Positions 1-12,099 of a stretch of 64,000 nt of DNA are shown here, one piece after another. Position 1 is the stretch's first letter, and the number at the start of each line of letters is the position of its first letter. The DNA is taken from the NCBI RefSeq assembly GCF_030144855.1, contig NC_082722.1, forward strand, positions 19,344,001 through 19,408,000. Reading direction: 5' to 3'. A program made the translations under genes and the position numbers. The DNA comes from Hypanus sabinus (taxonomy: Eukaryota). The notes beneath the pieces are model-generated. The model was given only the letters and a program-made list of their open reading frames with translations. It was not told the DNA's origin and did no database searches.

Positions 1-1397
1 AAATTCCCATCCCGGACTAAATTTTTTGTTTGTACGTTTTCCCATAACCGTATGATTTACTTCGGGCGCTCTGACCTGCTCCACATTCCAAAGGGGAACG
101 GCTGAGTATGCTAATTTGTCACATGGGTGTAACTGAGCGGTACGAACTAGTAGGGTCTCACGGCTCTGTTACAATGCTATATCTCAAAACCAAATTAAAA
201 TGTTATTCACAATAAACTGTCTGCTTTACCTGAGATTAGATAATACGCATTTCTAGCCGTCAATCTTTGCGAAATCCTTTGCTGTCCCTCATATTTAGTG
301 ATTCATAGGCAGTGGCGTGCTCAACAGCTACTTGGTTAACCTGCTAGAAGGACACATTTAATACTGCTAACTGGTACATAGGTCAGTCACCATGAACATA
401 AAACTAATCATAGAAAAGGATCAAAAACGGTTCGAATGACATTTAGTCTGCGTGGAAAGATATTGCCCGTATATTATACCGGAAGTGGGATACCAAATCC
501 ATTTCAGGCTGTAAATCGCTACCATTACTTTAGATTTCCAAACAAGAAGTTAGAACCTTCCTATCTTCTCAGTTTTGGCCATTTCTTTTGCTTCATCTCC
601 GTTGTCATATCCCTTACGTACCCTTAATTTTGGACATGAACTTTATCCCATTCTTTTGTCTTACGCACCATGTCAAATAATTTTAATGACCAGATTTCGT
701 CCCCGTGGTGCAATTAGAAACTGTGCCCCTTAAAACTCGCATTATTTGATTTAAGAAGATTAGAACAAATGGCAAGACCTGATGTGCTTACGCAACTAAA
801 AGAGCAAATATGGGAGAGGCATCTTACACGCTGTTGAGCTGATCGGTTTTGCTGGTGAATCAAGTAAATTACAATGAAATAAGTAGACCAGTTGGACATG
901 CTCGTTATAGTAAATCGTTAAAATAGCATTTGTCTGGCTGAAGTAATTACAAAGCATTCCAAGGGAATGAAGCAACAGTAAATAAAACATAATCTTGAAA
1001 TTTCCAGCTTCAACTTAGATGTTACTGTCATGTGCAGTCCTTCATTTCGGGAAGTTCTACGAGCACTGATGGATGTATTACCGAATTCTACTATAATGAA
1101 GCCAGTATTATATACGAAAACATTGTTTTGGTGATGTCGAAAGTTGCTGCAGCAACTATCGTTACGTAAATAAAAATATGCTCTAAAATTGGGAAGGTGC
1201 TTAATGGAACACAAGCAGACGTTTTCAGTTGTCGACAGATGGGTATACAACCGATACACATTTTTAAATGCTTACAGGAGAATCCAGGTGCGACAAATTA
1301 AATATCATTGAACCGCTGGAAATTTAAAGTAAATGGACAAATAAAACATATGGTCGACCAGGGAACACGAGAGCAAAGAGAAACAGTTAACATTTAT

Positions 1398-2215
1398 GTT
1401 GCAAACACGGGGAAATCTGCAGATGCTGGAAATTCAAGCAACACACACAAAATGCTGGTGGAATGCAGCAGGCCAGGCAGCATCTATAGGAAGAAATACA
1501 GTCGACTTTTCGGGCCGACACCCTTCGTCAGGTCTACCTGAAAGAAAAGATAGCAAGGGATTTGAAATTAGCAGGGGAGGGGGAAATCCGAAATGATAGA
1601 AGACGGGAGGGGTGGGGTGAAGCTGAGAGATGGGAAGGAGATTGGCAAAAGGGATGCAGAGCTGGAAAGGATCATGGGATGCAAGGCTTAGGGAGAAAGA
1701 AAGAGGGAGATGGAGAATAGGCAACGAGTGATGGGCAGAGAGAGAGAGAGAAACGAAAGGAAGGGAGGGAAAGTTAATAAATCAGGGATGGGGTAAGAAG
1801 GAAAGGAGGGGCATTAATATTAATTCCGTTAATGCCCCCTCACTATCTTGCCACATCACTGATTTATTAATTTTTCCCTCCTTTCCTTTTCGTTGCTCTA
1901 TCTGGCCATCACTCTTTGCCTGCGCTCCATCTCCCTCTATTGCTCCCCTCCTCTGTTTCTTTCGCCTTAGACCTCCCAGCCCATGATCGTTTCCAGCTCT
2001 GCATCCCTTTTGTCAATCTCCTTTCCAGCTCTCAGCTCCACCCTACACCCTCCGGTTTTCTCCGATCATTTCGCAATTCCCCCTTCCCCGCCTACTTTCA
2101 AATCTCTTACCATCTTTTCTTTCAATTAGACCTGACGAACTGGGTCGGCCTGAAACGTCAACGGTACTTCTTCCTATAGATGCTGCTGCGTTCCATCAGC
2201 ATTTTGTGTGTGTTA
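1398..2215. mobile_element. Foldback of two inverted copies of an elasmobranch Penelope-like-derived repeat
   Basis: The left arm acacacacaaaatgctgg...gcagcatctataggaagaa...cccttcgtcagg is the reverse complement of 2128-2215. The purine-rich 1540-1815 mirrors the pyrimidine-rich 1830-2125, centred near 1820. Confidence 0.8.
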
Positions 2216-2655
2216 CTTCGTTACTTTGTTACCTTGCTTACTGTCAGTCAGATCAAATGTATCACACATTACCAATTGATTCGTGCACGTACTGTACTTT
2301 CCCATTGTCCCGTCAACTGTGACTCTCCTAAACCTGCATTTAGCAGTTTCTCACAGTTTCAGATGTTTACTGAATTGTTCGGCAAGACAGCTGTCCTTCC
2401 AACGGTAAATATTTCCGTTCCCCTTCCAATCAAACCGGCTATGAACTGACGTGGGAAAACTTGAAAGCATACAGGAAGCAGATGCAATAGGAACATTCAA
2501 ATAAATCTTGGATATACACTCAAAAATAAATATTTTACGGTTAAATGATTGTATTTTCCCTACTATGCTCCAAAGAGTTATGTAATAAAATAAATTCATT
2601 ATATCTTTTCTCTGCGAATATCTCGTTCTGAAACAAGTCGAGTCGCTTCACCTAC

Positions 2656-2699
2656 CGGATCTTCTTTCTGATATCCATCGAAAGAATTTGTGTTACCCC
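2656..2699 (-). CDS. Receptor gene 1, first cytoplasmic exon (GGNTNSFDGYQKEDP)
   Basis: Strong acceptor tttctgatttcttttctgaag| and donor CCG|gtaggt. The 44-bp exon is open in the incoming phase 1. The terminal exon was not identified. Confidence 0.6.
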
Positions 2700-3333
2700 C
2701 TTCAGAAAAGAAATCAGAAAGAAATGATTTACATTGTAAACATTGTGTACGTTATTCATTCGACACGAATCGAATTAATCGTGTAAGTGGAACTGCTGAA
2801 TAATTGATTGGTAACAGTCGTTGGTAACCCTAATATACTGTGTTTTGCATTCACCTGGTGCTATGCTCAAAAGGATTTGATATTCAACGAGTCTGTAAAG
2901 TGATAATAGCATAACAGCGGCGGTACCGTATTTAAGTATGGCAACCAAAATGGAAATTAAAAACAAGGAGACGCAGATAAGTTGGTTAATGTTCTTTACA
3001 CAACCAGGGGGAGTTGAGATAAACGTAAAGTCGTTTACGTTACAAACTACGGACCTGCCACTGTATTAACAAAAGATATTTGAAGAACTCCAAAGGGATA
3101 TAACAGCATTCGTAAATCAGATATAACATACTTCCAGTGGACTGGTGAAATAGTTGAACTTTATGATCAAGCATGCATCGTGCCAGAATATTATCACTGA
3201 AATCCATCTTCGAAAATGGCGATCCATGTCCAATCATTCTGTAAATGTCATTTACTGTTTTGAAATTAAATGCCATTAACGCTGCTATTTTGTACGAATA
3301 GAGGTGAAGTTTCACAGCGATCAGTGTTCTTAC

Positions 3334-3432
3334 CGTGCGATCTCTTTAACTTGAGTTTCAGCAAAACTATTATCGCAATTAAAATTACCGATCCGCCCAA
3401 TGCACATCTGAGAATCAATATGGTATCAGCAC
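3334..3432 (-). CDS. Receptor gene 1, transmembrane exon with Arg
   Basis: Acceptor ctgtttctttttgaag| and donor G|gtaaga bound a 99-bp phase 1-1 exon: GADTILILRCALGGSVILIAIIVLLKLKLKRSH. The hydrophobic run is followed by a basic stop-transfer stretch. It is homologous to the copy-3 TM exon. Confidence 0.85.
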
Positions 3433-4439
3433 CTTCAAAAAGAAACAGTGAAGCATTTATACATCTGAAAACAAATCCACGCATGGAAATCAATAATGCA
3501 AACTATTATATAGGGGCCTTTCAAATCTCACTACACACTGATAGGAAAATGACAGAATATACAGTATAGAACAAAGAAATCTGCTTTATTTTCTGCAGAC
3601 ACATATGAGCTATTTACTAAGACTAAGAATAGGCTCTGCTGCTTTTTCCTTTTCTTGTCTTGACAATAGATATCAGTATAACTATTGAACGTGTAATCAC
3701 CTAACCTATTACAAGTCTGATCTCCATTCAACCTTCTATGTTACGTCTGTCATTAACATTCTTCAGAACGATCAATACTCTATACTCGTCAAAAGAGTCG
3801 CGGTGCAGAAACAATTCGTTTCCGCATGACATGCTGAAATTACTCGCTAAATTCATGAGATTATAACACTTTACGCTCTAAGCATCCTGAATGTACAGTT
3901 ACATATTAAACGTATTTTCCCACTTTTATTTTTTCCACAGCTTTACGAGTAACAAACCTGAATTAATGGGAAACTGCATAATGAAAACATAGATAAACAC
4001 GAGTCATCTATTTGAACTGTGTTGCCCACTATTATTGGAAGGGATTACACAGAGACTGAGTTTTGTCAAAGTCTGTTTACAGTTTCGCTCCCTCTGTATT
4101 CGATCCAGGTGGCAATTAAGTGTCACACATTGGTGTTCAGGAATTCCTACCTTGATTCTGATTTTGCCCCATGCCCGCATTTTTCCGGTAAAACTATATC
4201 AATTGAATACACCTTCACTCACCAGCAGATGGTTTCCCCTTTTTTTATATCATTATGCGATTTAGAGTTTAAGTTTTGCATTGTCTCATCTTTGACAGAT
4301 GTTCGGAAGTTTGTTACCTGACACGGACCACAGGAAATCAATTTCTTAATTAATCCTACACGATTTAAACTGTGGGTATAAGATATTTGTTTTTAAGCAC
4401 TATTCACATTGAATGCCTAACTTTAGATTCTATTATTGG

Positions 4440-5890
4440 GCAATTAATATTCAATATTTAACCTTTCCGACAAAAGATTTGGATGAAATTCAATGTCCAA
4501 GTTGAGTGAACCTCGAGTGCGAGTCTGTACTGGGCTCTATTTGGCTTCTATTTTAGGGGCCCCGCTTCCCTTTGCACTTACTAAAGTGAATAAACAAACC
4601 AGTAATCCAATAACTAAACATGCAATACGAATATGGGTTTCAATTTCGTAAATTTTTGGATTGAATAAATTTCTCCTATCAAGTCTTATTGTATCAATTT
4701 TTCTTCAGAACTGATCAAGCTTTTCTTTTATGGAAAATGAACAGCATAACATGTTTTCGTGATTTATTCATGGATAATCGTCTCAAGTTTTCTGAACTGT
4801 TTTCTAATACGTATAATTTGCGTAGATCACATTTTACAGATATTTACAGATTAGAATCTTCTTGAATGCTATTTTACCTACTTTTCTGATACCACATCAA
4901 ACTGAAATTACAGGAAAAAAAATAGGCTTAAACCCCTGTCAGAAGAGTTTAAGAGCAATTATTTATGATCGGATTACGAAAATTCGTCTAGGTGCATCAG
5001 ATAAAATTACGAATGAATGGGAAATAGAACTTCAGTTATCTTTACCTACAGAGAAATGGGAGAAAATTCTCCAACTTGTTAACACCTCTTCAATGTGTGC
5101 CAGGCAAGCTTTAATACAATTTAAGGAGGTTTATAGGGCCCATATTTCTAAGGATAAGTTAGCTCGTTTTTATTGCCATATGAATTCTGTCTTTGTAATT
5201 CCGAGGTGGCTTCCATGACAAAAATGTTCTGGTCTTGTTCTCTTCTGGAAAAATACTGGAAGAACGTTTTTGATATTATTTCAGTGGATTTGCGCATTGA
5301 TTTATATCCTCACCCTATTACTGCAATTTAAGGATTACCAGTAATCATTTATCCCATTCATCTTGCTGTTTGATTGCATTTCTTACATAATGGACAGAAG
5401 ATCCATTTTATTTAAATGGAGAGAGTTTAGTCCCCCTACCATATTTCAGTGGTTTTCTCAGACTATAACATGTTTAAACCGGGAAAAAAATTAGAAGTGT
5501 TACTTTCGATCCTTAGGTGAAATTTGAAGTATTTTGGAGGACATAAATGTCAGGTGACCTTTTCCGAATCTTTCTCAATAACCTTCTGTTCGTGTATAGA
5601 GGAGCGGAGTTAATGACAAATATTGGTTTTAACCGGTCAAACACGACAGTCCAGCTTTTGTTTTGTTTTGTTTTTTTTTTGTTTGTTTGTTTTTAGTTTA
5701 GCGGGACTTGTTTTGTATAAAAGTTTTTGAATCTTTTTCATGTTCAGTTATTAAGAGATTGGGAGGCTCAGATTACACATGCTTTTCGGAGTTTGTGTTT
5801 GTATACTGACCGTGAGTCATCCCGATCCCTTTGTATTATGATCATTAGTATGTTTATTAATTCGAAACTTAATTAGGAAACGATTAAGAA
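4440..5890 (+). mobile_element. L1-clade LINE, ORF2 C-terminal and 3' UTR fragment
   Basis: ORF 4862-5218 (WEIELQLSLPTEKWEKIL...SSMCARQALIQFKEVYRAHISKDKLARFY) is typical of fish L1/Tx1 ORF2 C-termini, and a T-rich 3' UTR follows. Confidence 0.75.
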
Positions 5891-6167
5891 AGAAAGAGTG
5901 TTCATTGTTATCAAGTAATCTGAAAATTTCGCCCTTCTTCCGTGTTTGGGAAGCTTTTCAGTGACTCTTCTTACCCACGTTTGATCGACACACAGATATC
6001 ATTTGGAAACGTTTCCATCTTGCCCGGAGCGCTAGAGATTCTGAACATGTTGAATATTCAGAGTAACACACAAAATACTGAAGTTACGCAGCAGAAAGGA
6101 GAGGAATAAAATTACGACATTTCGGTCCGATACCTTACACCAGGAAGCAATTAAGACACCATCTTAC

Positions 6168-6216
6168 CTTGTTCCAGGATGTAGCTGAAACTGACAGGCA
6201 CCGTGAGAGAGACATG
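6168..6216 (-). pseudogene. Partial duplicate of the 3' end of the gene-1 C1 exon (HVSLTVPVSFSYILEQ) with its own donor
   Basis: Near-identical to 6609-6657, and the homology runs about 13 bp into the intron (gtaagatggtgtctt vs gtaggctggtgtctt). Confidence 0.85.
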
Positions 6217-6608
6217 CTTTATCATATTTTTAGCAAATGTGCAGAAGTTTGCTACCTTACAGCTATAGAATGGTTTCAATTTCATCATTCGTGCTACACG
6301 ATTTAGAGCAACAGGAACAACACATCAGCTTCTGAACACCTTTCTCGTTTGCTATTCACTGTCAATAACTGATCTTTAAAATTAGTCATTCTTCCTTGTA
6401 GCTATTCAGTTACTGTTCTTACAACGTCACATTGATCCCACCACTATCACTTGCTTACATCTTATATTAAGCGCAAAGCATTCTGAGCATGCTGATATCC
6501 AGAGTTACACAGAAAATCCTGGAAGAACTCCGCCGATCAGGCACATCTAAAATATCGACGTTAAAGGCCGAGACCCAACATCATTACTTCATCAAGACAC
6601 CAGCCTAC

Positions 6609-6902
6609 CTTGCTCCAGGATGTAGCTGAAACTTGCAGGCATCGTGAGAGAGACAAGCGACACCAGGCAGGTGTAAATATCTTTTCCCCATGCAGACTGC
6701 GTGATTTCCAATAAACTAGAAGCATCGTACGTGCCATCAACGTTCGGGTTTGTGACACTTTCTATTCCAATGTGAATTCGTTTCTTATTTCTTTGCCAAA
6801 CGATTTCTAATTTCTCCGGGTAGAAGGCAGCCGTTTTACAAAGAAGCTTTCGAGGAGACGAAAACCCTCCAACAGGAACAATTTCCAATGGAGTTGGAGG
6901 AA
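6609..6902 (-). CDS. Receptor gene 1, C1-set Ig domain exon
   Basis: Acceptor tttgtttttattcaag| and donor G|gtaggc bound a 294-bp phase 1-1 exon. It translates to VPPTPLEIVPV...KLLCKTAAFYPEKLEIVW...NVDGTYDASSLL...YTCLVSLVSLTMPASFSYILEQ, with the C1 hallmarks CxxxxFYP, W, DGTY and YxCxV. Confidence 0.92.
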
Positions 6903-7899
6903 CTTGAATAAAAACAAAGTTATATTGGGTATTTTCGATCCATTTCAGTGCAGGTAGATTTCTTCATTTTCACATCAACTGGCATGTCACTCTAACTATC
7001 AAATGAGTTACCCGCCAGTATTAACCGGTATCTAATAAATTATTTTATTTTGCCATTCTGTTTATTGTTGCACAACCAGACGCACACACCACTGAGCGAA
7101 ACTTTGCTCTTCTGGGGCCAAGTTGAAAAATACGGTACTGTGTAGTGTATGCAGTCACACACAGCAAATGTAGTAACCATTCATACAGACAGTCACAAGA
7201 TAAGTAGAACAAATACGCTAATCTTGGGAGACAGAGGAAAGGAAGAGTTCAGAGAATACAATTCGACGGAGAAGCTAAGTGTTCGGAAGTGAGGAAGACA
7301 TTCTCTTTTGAATGGTATTTGAGATTTTTTTTGCACATTTTTTGCACAGTTAAATTTGGAATCCTCGCTACTTTTGGGTTTTTCATTTCATATTAAGACT
7401 GAGCTACAAAAAAACAAAATATCACAGATTTCTATCGTGATGGAGTTTAATTTTCTGGCAGCTCAACTGCTTAGAGAGTGTTTCAGATCTTGGGATTAAT
7501 CTTCCTAGTCATAAACATCCAGTAATAGAGCTTTCCCCGGAATTTAAATCATTCTACAACAGTTCCCCGTATTGAATGTGCGGATCATCCCTCAGTGAAA
7601 AAATCCAGTACGCAAATGCAAATTGATATTATGCACATTGATTCTATTGTTCTATTCTCTCTAAAGCCTGAAGTCCTGCAGCGAGATGGTCGACAGTGAC
7701 TTGGCACTGCTATAGGATCGCTTATGGAAATGATGCCTTGCAGAAGTTCAAACAGGAACTGAACAGCTTCAATTTCACCGTACACAGAGTGCACTGAAAC
7801 GTGAGCACAATTTTAAGGTTTTGTAAACAGGGACTGCGTCCGCTACAGCTATGGTCGGTGTCTGACAGGAGAGATTCAATAGTTAGATTGCTTTATCTG

Positions 7900-10690
7900 T
7901 TTCTCACTGCAGTGAGGATTTCACTCTGCCTACAATAGCTATCCCATGCTCACCGTTGCCCGACTCCACTTCCCATGCGACATTGACTTCAATTTTCTTG
8001 GCCTTCTCAAATTCTAGGTGAAGGACAATCCCAAGGTGTAAAAAGTCGAAGCTTTCTTCATATACATTAAGGGTAAAGGGATATGGACAAATAAAATTGA
8101 TCAATTTGAAGATCAGCGAGTTCAACAATGAATGTAGCCTAAAGAGATTGTTGGTGGGCGGGAAGATCTAATCTATTTCCATCAGTGTTTACTCGGGAGA
8201 CGTACACAGAGGCTATACAACTAAGCAAAACAGAAGTAATGCCATGGTCCTTATACGGATTACAATCTTGGGGCAAATTGGGGTGCATATATCCCCAGAA
8301 CATGGCAAGGTGTCCGATCGGACATCGTTGGAAGCTAATGCAGAAAGTGAAAGGGCCCCGATGAAACTGTTCAAAATGTCCTTACCATTGGATGTTCCGG
8401 AGAACAAGAGTATAACTTATGTTTTAAGACCATATGACTATTGGATATAGGAGCCGAATTAGGCCACTTCAGCCATCAAGTTTGTTCTGGGCATTTCATC
8501 ATAGCTGAAATTTTCTTCTCAGCCCCAATCTCATGTCTCCTCCCCATCATGCCCTAACCAATCAAGAATATATCAAACCCTGCTGTAAATATTCAGACTT
8601 ATAAAGACTTTGTCTCTATAGCTGCATGTGCCAAAAAAAAAAACTCCACTGGTTCACCACTCTCTGGCTTTAGACATTCCTTCTCATCTCCTTTACAAAA
8701 GGATGCCTATCTATTCTAAGGTTGCGTCCTCTGATCTTAGTCTCTCCCAACATAGGAAACATCCTCACCACATCCACACAATGACGTCCTTTCACCTTTA
8801 AATAGGGTTCAATAAAGTCGGCCTTATTTTTTTTCTGATTTCTAGTGGAAACACGCCCATAGCTCTTCATATCATTAGCTATTGAATTGTGAAATCATTG
8901 TCATGAACCTCTTTTGAACCCTCTCCAGTTCCTCCACATTCTTCCAAAGATAAGTGGCCTCAAACTGCTGACAATATGCAGTGACACTTCACCACTGCTT
9001 TCTAAGTACGAATATTCATACTTGCTTTTATATTCTAGTCCTCTTGAAAAGAATGCTGTCATTTTATTTGCCTTCCTGACCACAGAGACAACCTGCAAAT
9101 TAATCGGCATGGAATACTGCACACCGACTCCCAAGAACCTTCGCACAATGTTTTTGGACTTTCCCTCTAGTTAGAAAATAGTCGAAACGTTCACACACTG
9201 AACCAAAGTGCATGACCACATTCCTCTACACGTTGCATTCTATCTGCCATTTCTTTGCCAATTCTCCTAATCTAAGTCCTTCTGTACCCTCTTCATTTCC
9301 TAAAAAATATTTTCATACCGTCTGCAAACTTTGCAACAAAACCACCAATTCCATAATCCATGTCATTGACAAATTGCTTTAAGCGATTCCCTCACAACAC
9401 AGACCCCTGTGGAGCACCGTTAGTCACAGGCAGCGAAACAGATATTGCTCCCTTTATTCCCATTCTTTGTCTCCCACCCACTGCTTTATCCACCCTCGAA
9501 TCTTTCCTGTAATACTTTGGGCTTGTAGCTGGTTAAACAGCCGTGTGTCAAAGGCCTTCTGAAAATCCGAGTACACAAAAACCGATTCTACCTAGCTTTC
9601 TCGATCCTGCTTATCATTCCTTCAATAAATTCAATCAGATTTGTCTGGCGAGAGCTTCCCTCGAGGAAACAGTTCTGACTATGATATGTTCTATTATGCG
9701 TCTCCAAGTTACCTGAGACCTGATCCTTAAAATCGGAATCCAACATCTTGTCAACCAGTGAGGTCAGACTGACTGGCCTATAGTTTTCCTTGTCTGCCTC
9801 TCTGCCTTCTTGAAGAGTGGGCTCTGCATGGGATGGTAGGTTGATCAAGAACTTTCGCTTGGCATTCAGGATGAAGGAGTCAATGGTATCTAACTTTGGC
9901 TTCGCGGAGAATCCAGAGTATGTAGCAGATAGTTGTTCTTTGAATGACGTGGTGACAAGTGGTGTGCTGCATGGCTTTGACAGCTTGCCGCAGGTTATAG
10001 ACCAGGTGTAAAGATGGGCTGAAAATGGCAGATAGGATTAAACGAAGGTAATTGTAAGCTGTTGCGCTTTGAGAAGACAAACCAATCTCGGATTTACACA
10101 GTGAAAGAAACTGGAATTGAGGAGTGCGGTAAAAAAAAAATCATCCTGGAGTATAGATCGAGAAATCTTTGAAAGTGGAGCCAAAGACGGATAGTATCGT
10201 AAAGATAGTCTTTGTCCTATTGGCATTTATATATCAGAGTATTGAACGTAGAAGTTGGGATGTTGTGCTGAAGTTGTATCAGAAGTTAGTGAGATCAAAT
10301 TAGGAGCATTGTTCGCTGTTCAGGTTATCTATCTGCAGCCAGTTATCAATAAGATTGAATGAGTTCAAGTGAACTTACAAGGAGTTTGCAAGATTTGAGG
10401 ACATGAATTACGAGGAAAGATTTAACTGGTTAGATTTTTTTTACCCATGATTCGTATAAGAATGAGCGAACGTTTGATAGAGGTAGACAAAATAATGAAG
10501 GGTGCAGATACGGTGCAGGAAAGCCTGCTTCATCCACTGAGGTTTGGTGAGAATATAATTCGAAGTCAGAGCTTAAGAGTCAAAGGAGAAGCATCAAAGT
10601 CAAACCTGAGAAGAAAAATCTTCATTCAGACCGTGATGCTATTGTGGTAATATCTGCCAGCGGAGGTGTTGAATGAGGGTTTGCGCTCGC
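7900..10690. mobile_element. Decayed CR1 LINE fragments in the V-C1 intron of gene 1 (+ 7900-8420, - 8435-9830, + 9870-10680)
   Basis: RT-region motifs ENYRPVSLTSLVDKML, LIEFIEG, MPMLGETKIRG and VVRKANKMTAFFSRGLEYKSK. Confidence 0.85.
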
Positions 10691-11461
10691 CTTTCTGCAG
10701 TTTACTGTCTAACCCCATCAGAATTCACCTCGATCTTGAGAGGTCTGTATTTCTCCTCATTTTGTGTGGTGAAAGAAATATAGAGTTCGCTAATACTGCA
10801 TGACACAAGTTGGAATGACAACTTGCAGGGCATGTGAGAAATGGTCACGATGTTGGAATTATCTCGATTGGAACTGGGTGTTATTCCTCTCTACTTGTAG
10901 ATGCGGAAATGGAGCATTGTGCAGCTGCATACATACTTTTTAATGGAGATTATATACGTTTTCATATATTTTGCGTCCTCTGTGATGACGAATCGAGTTA
11001 TACAACTCCGGACATTCTCATTAGTATGAATAATGTTTCGACTTCTTGCTTGCAAAACAATCCTAACCCTGCTTGTAAAGTAACTCGTTGCATTGAGAGT
11101 ACCTTCGCGATGATAAGGGTAAAGTCCAAAGGTATCACAAACCTTGGTCATTAGTTTAAAATAGGAGATACCTGATGAACAGGGCTGGATGAACAGCAGC
11201 GGGAAAGAGCCTAGGGAAGTACGATACGATAAACTAAATTAACTCTATCATGCGCCTTGAAGCTGCTACATGAAATGTGATTAATTCTTCTGTTCTTTAT
11301 AATTGCGAATTGAGAACATCTGGACTGGGGTATATTTAAACGTGGGAAAGGAATGTATTCTCGCCGTTTGCTTTATCAAGAATAAACATTTCGTTTTATC
11401 CTCACCACTAAGTTTGATGTAAAATGCACAGAGATGAAAATATCCAAACAGCCACACTCAC

Positions 11462-11767
11462 CGAAAACAGTGAGCCTGGAGCCACTTCCTCTCCCGTAAG
11501 ATCGTTCTTGATACTTTGCTTCACAGTAATACAGTCCGGAGTCGGCGACTGTGACATTCCAGAGTACAAGTGCTCCCCTTCCCGTTTCGACATTAAATTG
11601 TCTTCTGCTGTCATTTTTTAAAAATGTCTTGTCGCCGTCCCTCCACCAACGAACGTCAGCAGTATCTTGTGATAGTGGAAACATGCAGAACAAAGTAACA
11701 TTCGCACCTCGCAGGACGTTCTGGTCCTTAGGTAATTGAGAGACTTTGCTCGCAGTTACTTTGACGG
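11462..11767 (-). CDS. Receptor gene 1, germline-joined VJ-type Ig domain exon
   Basis: Acceptor ttatttttccggcag| and donor G|gtgagt bound a 306-bp phase 1-1 exon. It translates to VKVTASKVSQLPKDQNVLRGANVTLFC...VRWWRDG...DSGLYYCEAKYQERSYGRGSGSRLTVF, with B-strand Cys, C-strand Trp, DxGxYYC and a J-like GSGSRLTV G strand in the same exon. Confidence 0.93.
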
Positions 11768-11971
11768 CTGCCGGAAAAATAAGCAAGAGTGTTATTAACA
11801 GTCAAACACAATCAATTAACAAAAAATCAACGACGTAATTCAGTGGACATCTAATAGATAAAGACGACCGAATATCTGAAACACTGGAACCAAATATGCT
11901 GCGGGCGCCCAGGATTAAATATTCTAAAATAGAATATTCAGTTCGGAAGCCGCAGGAATAAATCAGCATAC

Positions 11972-12026
11972 TTAGCCAAGTAATAGTCATAAATGCCATG
12001 AACGAAACCGTAAATATCTCCGACAT
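11972..12026 (-). CDS. Receptor gene 1, leader exon (MSEIFTVSFMAFMTITWL + phase 1)
   Basis: ATG at 12026, 18 mostly hydrophobic codons, then A|gtatgc donor. The exon is 55 bp and a 204-bp intron separates it from the V exon. A+CC joins in frame. Copy 3 has a homologous 55-bp leader. Confidence 0.8.
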
Positions 12027-12099
12027 CTTACAGAAACCGAATCGCCTAATTCCTGCAACGCAAGTGGTGGTTTAAATGCAATTGCTGGAGGACAAGGTC

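Noticed and set aside
918-1259. 113-aa ORF as the terminal exon of gene 1
   Set aside because: No convincing phase-matched acceptor or signalling motif. A short FSHVSS* exon near 2440-2460 is equally plausible, so the 3' end is left open.
11376-11786. Gene 1 as a rearranging TCR/Ig V segment or a processed V(D)J-C retrocopy
   Set aside because: The J-like strand is in the same exon, no CACAGTG or ACAAAAACC signal flanks it, and all introns are present.
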